A DNA stretch of 32,000 nt, from positions 810,001 through 842,000 of the forward strand of contig CP126532.1 in NCBI GenBank assembly GCA_030167145.1. The letters are read 5' to 3'. The notes under the pieces were generated by a model, which did not search any database, had not been told where the DNA came from, and worked only from the letters and a program-made list of their open reading frames with translations. Made by a program: the position numbers and the translations under genes. Of the stretch, positions 25,183 through 32,000 are shown piece after piece; position 1 is the first letter of the stretch; every line of letters starts with the position of its first letter. The stretch comes from Ktedonobacterales bacterium. Lineage in GTDB: Bacteria > Chloroflexota > Ktedonobacteria > Ktedonobacterales > JADMIN01.

Positions 25183-26288
25183 GCGTCGTCCGTTTCAGAT
25201 CCCGGCAGTGTCGGCGCGTCGCCAGGGTAGAGGCCGGGCTGCGATGGTTCGGGCCACTGGCGCGGCATCGTCTGCGTCGTATCTGGTCCCTGGGGCATGG
25301 GGAGCGGCACTGGCTGGATCGGATTGAAGCCAGCATTCGCGCCAGGGGGAGCATACTGCGCCTGCTGGGTGGCGGCGACGGTCGTCGTGTTGCCGGTGCC
25401 GTTGCCATAGCCATTGGTTGGGGCCGGAGTCGGAACGGGAGCGGACATTGGCGGCGCGACCTGTGCGGGTGTGGCGGGTATGGCGGGCGTGGCTGGAATG
25501 GCAGGCGCGGGCACTGGTACGGGCGAGGTCATGGCTTGCGCCGCTTGCCTGCGAGTCGCAGCGCGACCGATAATGCCGCCAACACGTCCGTTGCCGCCTG
25601 ATGTGGTGGCAGTTGTCGCGGTGGTGGTCGTCATCGTGGGCGGTGGTGGGGCCACCGACGCGGCGACACGCGGCTTACGCGCGATGAACCTCCGGCGCAG
25701 TGCACGAATGCCGCGCCAGATGAGCAGCAGCATGATGACCAGGAAGATGAAGCCGATCACGGGAGCAAAGATCAGTAGCAGCACACTGGCGAATGAGAGC
25801 ACATCTTCGCCAACGCTGACGACTGGGTTGCCGTGGCCCACTGTTGTCGCCGTGACGGCTGGGCGCGTGGCGGCTTTCGCGCCGTGCAGCGCGAGGGCAA
25901 GCAGCGCGCCAACACCCGCCGCGACCCAGGGATTGAGGTTGCTAAGCGAGTTCTGCGTGCCCGCCATGATGAGCGCGCCAGAGAGCGGACGGATGAGCGT
26001 ATGCACGGCATCGCTTACGTGGTCGAGTACGGGCACCTTGTCAATCGTGAACTCGAAGATCACCAGCGCAACCAGAATGATGATGACGATGGGGTTATCA
26101 AATCCTGTGAAGCCGGGTTGCAGCGGCAACACTCCTGGATCGGCCTTATCGGCGATGGCTATCGCCAGCAGCGGCAAATACGCGCGCAGTCCGGCGGTGG
26201 TGCTCAGGCCGAGCGCCGCCAGCAGCGCGCCCACGGCGCTCAAACTTAGTGGATCCTGTGTCGCATCGAGCATTGCGGCAAATGTCAT
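25179..26288 (-). CDS. DUF4126-like polytopic membrane protein with a ~165-aa Pro/Thr/Ala-rich C-terminal tail
   Basis: N-terminal ~200 aa has several TM helices and TTAGLRAYLPLLAIAIA, as I recall for DUF4126. The tail reads PPPPTMTTTTATTATT...PAIPATPAIPATPA... GGAGGGAG Shine-Dalgarno sits before ATG 26288. Confidence 0.6.
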   Translation of the reverse strand: MTFAAMLDATQDPLSLSAVGALLAALGLSTTAGLRAYLPLLAIAIADKADPGVLPLQPGFTGFDNPIVIIILVALVIFEFTIDKVPVLDHVSDAVHTLIRPLSGALIMAGTQNSLSNLNPWVAAGVGALLALALHGAKAATRPAVTATTVGHGNPVVSVGEDVLSFASVLLLIFAPVIGFIFLVIMLLLIWRGIRALRRRFIARKPRVAASVAPPPPTMTTTTATTATTSGGNGRVGGIIGRAATRRQAAQAMTSPVPVPAPAIPATPAIPATPAQVAPPMSAPVPTPAPTNGYGNGTGNTTTVAATQQAQYAPPGANAGFNPIQPVPLPMPQGPDTTQTMPRQWPEPSQPGLYPGDAPTLPGSETDDA

Positions 26289-26548
26289 TGCCTGCTCCCT
26301 CCCTCTCCAGTGAGGCCACGCTCTTCTAGCCTCTGGCTAAAGCGGCCTCCCGCCAGCACCCCGGTTCAGTGTATCATGCCCGCTCAACGCCCAAGTATGT
26401 CCCCACCCGATGGGGGCACATGCGATGCGCAAGCGGCCCGACATCCGCATGTATACGTGTGGAGTTCTGGTGAGGTTGAACGCTATGCCAGGATGCGTAG
26501 CCGCCGTCTCGCGCCGATGCACGCCGTGTATGCGCATGCTCGGTATGT

Positions 26549-26577
26549 TTGACGTGCGGTGTTAGCCGTGCCACAAT
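26549..26577 (+). promoter_or_regulatory. Candidate sigma-70-type promoter of the histidine kinase gene
   Basis: TTGACG (26549-26554), 17-nt spacer, CACAAT (26572-26577). Confidence 0.35.
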
Positions 26578-26632
26578 CAAAGCGATTGCCTTCACGATGC
26601 TCGATGGTGAGCGGAACAGGAGAGCGTGCGCT

Positions 26633-28840
26633 ATGGTAGCTCCTCGCCTCGCGGATGCGCTACGGGCGCACAAAGCAGAATTGCGGCTGCGGCTGTGTGA
26701 GTGGGAACACGCTGGCTCCGACCCCGAAGAAGGCAGTGACGCCGATTTGTTTCTTGAGGCACTGTGTAGCTCGACGCTGGAGGAGTATCTGCCGCGTTTT
26801 GCGGCATCGGGTGAGCGGCTAGCCGAGCAAGACGGCCACCTGGCGGTGCGGCTGCGTAGCATACAAGGCTGGCAGGAGGCGCTCTCCACCGCAATCTCGG
26901 ATATTCTGGCGGATCGCCCTCGGCTGCGCGATCAGGCCCATATGATCCTCGGTGAGCGTACCGCGCAGATCCTGGTAACACTGACGCTGGGATATCAGGG
27001 GGCGCAAGCACAGCGTATCACGCGAGCCACCGACCAGGCGCGGCGCGCGGCGGCACGGATGCGTGCGCTCCAGCGCATCAATTCTGCCGCGAACTCGACC
27101 CTGGACCTGGACCAGACGCTGACAACAGCGGCAGAGGCGGTGGCCGAAGAGATGAACGCCGACCTGTGCGCGATCTTCCTGTTCGACGATATAAGCCGCG
27201 AGTTGCGCTTGCATGCTACCAACGGACCGTTGCCGCGCGGTGGCCTGCACTACACGCTGGCGCTGGGCGAAGGCTATAGCGGCTGGGTCGCGCAGGATGG
27301 CCATCCGCTGGTGCTGGCCGATGCTGTCGCGGATGTGCGCTCCTCTGCCGAGGCGCTGGCCTATCCTGACGGCTTTCGCGGATTGCTCGCGGTGCCAATC
27401 ATCTTCTTCAATGGTGTGAAGTTGCAGGGCGTGATCGCCGCGCAGACTCGTGAGCCGCGCACGTTTAGCGCCGAGGAAATAGACTTTCTCGAAATCATCG
27501 CTGGTCAGCTCGCCATGAACATCGAAAATGGCCGCTTATATGAGCAGACCGACGAAGAACTGCGGCGCAAGGTGCATGAATTGAGCACGCTGCACCGTGT
27601 TTCGGCGCTCGTCACGTCTACGCTGGTGCTGGATACTGTGCTGCGGAGCATCGTGGCCCAGGCAGTGCTCTTGAGCGGAGCGGATCGCTCTGTGCTGTTC
27701 GAGGCGGATGGCGTGGACGGCGCGACACGGCAGTTGCGCGCGGTCGCCAGCCACGGATTCGAACGCCTTGAGATCGCGCATGCCGCTGTGCCAGTGGGCG
27801 AATGCTGCGTGGGGCGAGTTGCGCGCAGTGGCGAGCCGAGCATGCTGATAGATTGCATGCGGACCGATGCAGGGTGTTTTCTCAGGCATGCGCCTGAGGC
27901 CATTGACGACCAGCATGCGGTGCTCTGCGCGCCGCTGAATACGGTCCACGGCACGCTTGGCGCGCTCTGTGTGTTCAGTAGTCAGCGCCACACGCTCGAC
28001 GCCCATCAGCTTCAACTGGTGGTGACGTTTGCGAATGTCGCGGCCATCGCCATAGAGAATGCGCGCCTGTTCACCGAGACGCAGCAGGGATTGCAGGCGA
28101 AAGAAGCGCTGGTGAATGAGATGCACCACCGCGTGAAGAATAACCTGCAACAGGTGGCCTCGATCCTCAATATGCACTTGCGCCGCACACGCAATCCCGA
28201 AGTGGAGCAGGTCCTTGGCGAGATCGTGGGACGCATCCATGGCATCGCTGCGGTACATGATCTGCTCTCACGCGCGAAGCTGGGCATGGCGCCGGTAGAT
28301 GAAATCGCGCGGAAGATCGTGGGCATCGTCAGCGGGCATTTCGTGCCGCCGAGCTTGCGTATTCGCTTCGTAATTGGCTCCGCGCCGTTCCATCTGCCGA
28401 CCGAGCAGGCGACAACATTGGCGATCATTCTGAACGAACTGATTGCCAACGCGATAGAGCATGGTTTCGAAGGGCGTGAGCAGGGTGAGATTCGCATTAG
28501 CGGTGTCGAACGGGATGGGCGTCTCATCCTGCGCGTCGCGGATGATGGTCAGGGGCTGCCAGCTAATTTCTCGCTCGCCACCTCCGATGGTCTGGGGCTG
28601 TATCTGGTGCGCAATCTCGTTAGTGGTGATCTGCACGGGTCGCTACGCCTTTACATGACGCACGGCGATCCTGATATACGGCTCGATGCGCGTACGGATG
28701 TGACCCCATCGGCGGCAGGCGACGCCGAGCAGAACGATGACCAGTCCGCGCGCACCTGGACGGTGTCGGAGATCGAGTGTCCCGCGCTATTCGATGTGGC
28801 GGACGCGACCGAGCGGGCGGCATTTGGTGATGTTGGCTAA
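26633..28840 (+). CDS. Sensor histidine kinase: helical N-terminal region, two GAF domains, HisKA_2-type H-box and HATPase_c
   Basis: I trimmed the ORF to ATG 26633, with AGGAGA 9 nt upstream. H-box EMHHRVKNNLQQVASIL, N-box LNELIANAIEHGF, G-boxes DDGQGLP and GLGLYLV. Two GAF-like segments: LCAIFLFD...GEGYSGWV and RSVLFEAD...VGECCVGRV. Confidence 0.85.
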   Translation: MVAPRLADALRAHKAELRLRLCEWEHAGSDPEEGSDADLFLEALCSSTLEEYLPRFAASGERLAEQDGHLAVRLRSIQGWQEALSTAISDILADRPRLRDQAHMILGERTAQILVTLTLGYQGAQAQRITRATDQARRAAARMRALQRINSAANSTLDLDQTLTTAAEAVAEEMNADLCAIFLFDDISRELRLHATNGPLPRGGLHYTLALGEGYSGWVAQDGHPLVLADAVADVRSSAEALAYPDGFRGLLAVPIIFFNGVKLQGVIAAQTREPRTFSAEEIDFLEIIAGQLAMNIENGRLYEQTDEELRRKVHELSTLHRVSALVTSTLVLDTVLRSIVAQAVLLSGADRSVLFEADGVDGATRQLRAVASHGFERLEIAHAAVPVGECCVGRVARSGEPSMLIDCMRTDAGCFLRHAPEAIDDQHAVLCAPLNTVHGTLGALCVFSSQRHTLDAHQLQLVVTFANVAAIAIENARLFTETQQGLQAKEALVNEMHHRVKNNLQQVASILNMHLRRTRNPEVEQVLGEIVGRIHGIAAVHDLLSRAKLGMAPVDEIARKIVGIVSGHFVPPSLRIRFVIGSAPFHLPTEQATTLAIILNELIANAIEHGFEGREQGEIRISGVERDGRLILRVADDGQGLPANFSLATSDGLGLYLVRNLVSGDLHGSLRLYMTHGDPDIRLDARTDVTPSAAGDAEQNDDQSARTWTVSEIECPALFDVADATERAAFGDVG

Positions 28841-28853
28841 GCGCTACATCTAG

Positions 28854-29354
28854 CTACAGATGTTCGGCGGCGCTGGATGCCGTGTGCGAGGCGCTGGCGG
28901 CCAGACGCTTGCGCGCACGCTGCTCGCCGGGCCTTCCACCTAACCAGCCCATCAGTGCCGCGATGGCGAGCAAGAGCACATCACTGACGACGACACTCAT
29001 GATCTGCGCGGCAAGAGGCAACGCGGGAGCCGTGGTTTTGGGTGCGGGCGTTGCACCGGCGCTGGATCCAGGGGTATAGAGCGCCTTGAGCGCGGCATAG
29101 ACGACGAGCGCCACCATGCCGGCGACGGCTCCCAGACCCGCGCGCAACGTGTCGCGTCCAGTAAAATAGCCTGCCGCGGAGAACAAGAACAGCAGCGCGA
29201 AGATGCCCAGGCAGAGCGCGCTGAACAATCCCGGATTATTCACGTCGGGCACACCCTGGCCGAAGAGCGCGCCTGCCAGCAGTGTCAAGCCGATGTTCAC
29301 GAACGCATAGGCGCCCAGGCCGATGAGCGCACCCCACTTCAATGCCGAAATCAC
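28854..29354 (-). CDS. Small integral membrane protein (about 4 TM), function unknown
   Basis: 166 aa with a GTG start and four hydrophobic segments. It has a charged C-terminal tail. No family recognised. Confidence 0.55.
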   Translation of the reverse strand: MISALKWGALIGLGAYAFVNIGLTLLAGALFGQGVPDVNNPGLFSALCLGIFALLFLFSAAGYFTGRDTLRAGLGAVAGMVALVVYAALKALYTPGSSAGATPAPKTTAPALPLAAQIMSVVVSDVLLLAIAALMGWLGGRPGEQRARKRLAASASHTASSAAEHL

Positions 29355-29643
29355 GTGTGTCTTTCACTTCTCTTGTATGGCTTGCACGATTGTTGAGTTG
29401 TGGCATACGCTGACGGCACACCACCGATCCTTGCGTATTATAACGTTCCGCATGCGCGCTAGACAGTGGGTGGGCCAAGCTGCTCAAGGGCTTTCGGCGG
29501 CATGCCGTTTCGGTGTACCATGCAGGATGGGAACGAGGCGATGGCGCTGGCGTCCCCCTGGACAGTGTTGTCGGATCCGGCGCGTTTCCGCGCGGGATCC
29601 ACCTGCGGAGCGAGGCGACGACATCCGCCTCGAACGAGGTATT

Positions 29644-31035
29644 ATGCGCTACTACAACTCCATCATCGAGACCATCGGCCACACGCCACTGGTGAAGCTG
29701 AACAAGGTCGCCCAGGATGTGCAGCCGCTGATGCTGGCGAAGGTCGAATACTTCAATCCCGGCGGCAGCGTCAAAGACCGCATCGGCATCTCGATGATCG
29801 AAGCCGCAGAGCAAGCGGGGCTGCTGAAACCCGGCGCAACGATTGTGGAGCCGACCAGCGGCAACACCGGCACGGGTCTGGCGCTGGCCGCCGCCGTGAA
29901 GGGCTACAAATGCATCTTCGTGATGACGGATAAGGTTTCGGAGGAGAAGCGCAGTCTCTTGCGTGCGCTTGGCGCTGAGGTGGTGATCTGCCCGAATAGC
30001 GAGCCGTTCGACTCGCCTGATAACTACCACAGTGTCGCGGCCCGGCTAGCGCGTGAGCTTCCAGGCGCGTTCGGCCCCGATCAATATGCGAATCCCGCCA
30101 ATCCGCTGGCGCATTATCGCTCGACCGGCCCCGAAATCTGGGAGGACACCGAGGGCAAAGTCTCGGCGTTTGTCGCGGGCGTGGGTACGACGGGCACGAT
30201 CATCGGCACCGCGCGGTACTTGAAAGAGCAGAATCCGAATATCAAGGTGATTGGCGCGGACCCGGCTGGCTCGATCTTTTCGCACGATACGCCGCGCCCC
30301 TACAAGGTGGAGGGCATCGGTACCGATCATCTGCCCGGCAACTGGGACCCTTCGGTGGTGGATGAGGTAATTCGGGTGGATGACCGCACATCGTTCGCGC
30401 TTGCCCGGCGGTTGACACGCGAAGAAGGCATCTTCGTTGGGGGGTCGGCTGGCACGGCGCTTGCCGCTGGATTGGAATATGCGCAGCGGCTGGGGCCGGA
30501 TGATGTGGTGGTGGTGCTGCTGCCGGATGGTGGCCGCGGGTACCTCTCGAAGCTCTACGATGAAAACTGGATGCGTGAGAATGGCTTTTACGAGGCGCCA
30601 TCGCAGCCCACATTGGCCGATCTGCTGGCATTTCGGCGGCAAACACTGCCTGAAGTGCCGCTGGTGGTGGGAGTCGCGGGTGATGAGCCGGTGGCCTCGG
30701 CGATTGAGCAGTTGCACCGCTATGGCATCTCACAGCTTCCGGTGCTAGAGCAGGGCAAGATTACCGGATCGCTAACCGAAACGCAGCTTTTGCAGCATTT
30801 TGCGGCGGGCGAGCGGCTGAATGGGCAGCGCGCGCGCGATTGGCAGGGACCGCCTCTTGCCTCGCTGCCGGAAACGGCGACGCTGCGCGAAGCATACACG
30901 GTGCTGGTAGGCGGACAGAGCGCGGTGGCGATCATGTCTGCTGAGGGTGTGGCGGGCGTTGTCTCCAAGAGCGATTTGATGGAGTACTGGGCGCATGCCG
31001 CCCAGACGGCGAGCGCACCAGCCGAAGCGAAATAA
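29644..31035 (+). CDS. cbs: Cystathionine beta-synthase (PLP fold-type II domain plus C-terminal CBS-domain pair)
   Basis: I trimmed the ORF to ATG 29644. MRYYNSIIETIGHTPLVKL, FNPGGSVKDR (PLP lysine), PTSGNTGTGLA, GVGTTGTIIG. The C-terminal ~130 aa has a tandem CBS pattern. 463 aa. Confidence 0.85.
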   Translation: MRYYNSIIETIGHTPLVKLNKVAQDVQPLMLAKVEYFNPGGSVKDRIGISMIEAAEQAGLLKPGATIVEPTSGNTGTGLALAAAVKGYKCIFVMTDKVSEEKRSLLRALGAEVVICPNSEPFDSPDNYHSVAARLARELPGAFGPDQYANPANPLAHYRSTGPEIWEDTEGKVSAFVAGVGTTGTIIGTARYLKEQNPNIKVIGADPAGSIFSHDTPRPYKVEGIGTDHLPGNWDPSVVDEVIRVDDRTSFALARRLTREEGIFVGGSAGTALAAGLEYAQRLGPDDVVVVLLPDGGRGYLSKLYDENWMRENGFYEAPSQPTLADLLAFRRQTLPEVPLVVGVAGDEPVASAIEQLHRYGISQLPVLEQGKITGSLTETQLLQHFAAGERLNGQRARDWQGPPLASLPETATLREAYTVLVGGQSAVAIMSAEGVAGVVSKSDLMEYWAHAAQTASAPAEAK

Positions 31036-31115
31036 ACGGCGTGTTGCCAGTGTGGCGAGCGTTTGCGCCCGATGAAGCGCGGTGATGCGCTCGCCAACGC
31101 AGCGAAGGAAAAGCT

Positions 31116-31640
31116 ATGACCACCTCTGATGCGCCGCGCTCGCGGATGCCACGAGCAGGGCAGCCGTTGCCGCACTTTGCGCTACCCAGCACGGCTGACA
31201 AGACGGTGCGGCTGTGGGACTATAAGCAACGGCAGCCAGTGTTGCTGGCGTTCATCCACACGAGCACATGCCCAGCGTGTCGCGCATGGCTGGCGCGATT
31301 GGCGCGCGAACGCGCACGGCTGGATGAGGCGCGGGCTGCGGTGCTGGTGATCGCTCCCGATGCGCTGGATGAACTGCGGGCGCTCCAGGTCGCGCTCGAT
31401 CTGCCATTCACGCTGCTCGCCGATTCCGATGGCATGGCGGCGCGAGCCTATGTGCGCGGCGCGGAGGATTCCGGCGCGGTTGCGCTCTATGCAGGTGATC
31501 GCTATGGTCTGTGTGTGGCGGGATGGCACGCGCCCGATGCCGATGGGCTGCCGCCACTGGACGCGCCGCTGGCGGATTTCGCGCTGGCTGAGCAAGATGA
31601 CTGCGCCTGCACGATACCGGCGTGGGACGAAGAGGAGTAG
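31116..31640 (+). CDS. Thioredoxin-fold redoxin (AhpC/TSA / peroxiredoxin-like)
   Basis: PLPHFALPS...VRLWDY..PVLLAFIHTSTCPACRAWL is a T-x-x-C / CPAC active-site context. AAGGAAAAG Shine-Dalgarno upstream. Confidence 0.7.
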   Translation: MTTSDAPRSRMPRAGQPLPHFALPSTADKTVRLWDYKQRQPVLLAFIHTSTCPACRAWLARLARERARLDEARAAVLVIAPDALDELRALQVALDLPFTLLADSDGMAARAYVRGAEDSGAVALYAGDRYGLCVAGWHAPDADGLPPLDAPLADFALAEQDDCACTIPAWDEEE

Positions 31641-31649
31641 GCAACAATC

Positions 31650-32000
31650 GTGCAATCCTCCAGGGTTTCTAATCCGCATCGCGAGAAGGTGATGGTGGCG
31701 CTAGCTTCGGTTGGGGCCGCAGTCGGCCTTACCGCGCTCAAGCTGCTGGTGGGCATCTTGACGGGGAGCCTGGGCATCCTCGCGGAGGCCGCCCATTCTG
31801 GCCTTGATCTGGTCGCGGCGCTGATGACGCTCTTCGCGGTGCGGGTGGCCGACCGGCCCGCCGATGCCACACACCCCTACGGCCACGACAAAGTGGAGAA
31901 TCTTTCGGCATTCTTCGAGTCGGGATTGCTGCTCATCACTGCGGTCTGGATTATCTACGAGGCGATCCGCAGGCTTGTGTTTCACGAGGGCCATATAGAT
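31650..32000 (+). CDS. Cation diffusion facilitator (CDF) family metal-efflux transporter, N-terminal part. Runs off the right edge.
   Basis: Manual translation from GTG 31650 (ATG 31692 is an alternative): ...MVALASVGAAVGLTALKLLVGILTGSLGILAEAAHSGLDLVAALMTLFAVRVADRPADATHPYGHDKVENLSAFFESGLL. The AEAxHSxxD and HPYGH motifs are typical of CDF. It is not in the ORF track, probably because no stop lies in the window. Confidence 0.75.
   Translation, partial: MQSSRVSNPHREKVMVALASVGAAVGLTALKLLVGILTGSLGILAEAAHSGLDLVAALMTLFAVRVADRPADATHPYGHDKVENLSAFFESGLLLITAVWIIYEAIRRLVFHEGHID

Noticed and set aside
25414-26313. 299-aa + strand ORF
   Set aside because: It is antisense to the DUF4126-like membrane protein gene. 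The minus-strand frame has proper TM helices, a Shine-Dalgarno and ATGA coupling to the next gene.
28846-28863. Hairpin ACATCT-agctac-AGATGT between the kinase and the small membrane protein gene, as a bidirectional terminator
   Set aside because: It has only 6 bp, is AT-containing, has no U-tract and overlaps a stop codon. It is too weak to call.
29236-30030. 264-aa minus-strand ORF, plus the 107-aa N-terminal extension of the CBS ORF (29323..29643)
   Set aside because: The minus ORF is antisense to cbs and overlaps the small membrane protein gene. The cbs extension has no homology-like sequence and overlaps the divergent gene. Homology begins at ATG 29644.
1-32000. Scan for CRISPR arrays, tRNA/rRNA/tmRNA/RNase P signatures, transposase or integrase genes, toxin-antitoxin pairs and known defence-system genes
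   Set aside because: I found no regularly spaced repeats. No GGTTCGAATCC-type T-arm appears in a tRNA context. There is no RNase P or tmRNA core motif, and no ORF with recombinase, nuclease-helicase or defence hallmarks. The window looks like core chromosome rather than an accessory island.

Overview
High-GC (~60%) bacterial chromosomal segment, gene-dense and mostly housekeeping. I support about 26 protein-coding genes. I recognised no rRNA, tRNA, CRISPR array, transposase, integrase or phage genes.

Left to right:
- RlmI-like rRNA m5C methyltransferase (minus strand, runs off the left edge, absent from the ORF track)
- glycerophosphodiester phosphodiesterase
- translationally coupled GT4 glycosyltransferase and GDE-type (amylo-alpha-1,6-glucosidase-like) protein
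- membrane-anchored Ser/Thr kinase
- BMP-family (nucleoside-type) ABC importer: lipoprotein, two permeases, double ATPase
- minus-strand trio: unknown 169-aa protein, pseudo-receiver domain protein, 619-aa animal-type transketolase
- infB-rbfA-nrnA
- SDR oxidoreductase
- PIG-L/LmbE deacetylase
- tail-anchored TPR protein
- minus-strand string: DUF4126 membrane protein, membrane-anchored propeller-like protein, RNase PH
- orphan GAF-GAF-HisKA_2 histidine kinase
- small 4-TM protein
- cystathionine beta-synthase
- redoxin
- start of a CDF metal transporter (runs off the right edge, absent from the ORF track)

The infB-rbfA-nrnA synteny and the lipobox lipoprotein suggest an actinobacterial or Chloroflexota-like organism. 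That is inference only.

I do not see a clear defence island or mobile system. The most interesting items are modest:
1. the unknown protein / pseudo-receiver / transketolase operon
2. the DUF4126 / propeller / rph string with an ATGA overlap
3. a nusA-less infB preceded by 574 bp of structured non-coding DNA
4. a 24-nt palindromic element, 23/24 identical at two convergent gene junctions
5. an AT-rich perfect palindrome containing CTGT-N8-ACAG
6. a 28-codon ORF with a canonical Shine-Dalgarno in a 547-bp gap

Many long ORFs in the track are antisense or off-frame artefacts typical of GC-rich DNA, and I rejected them.
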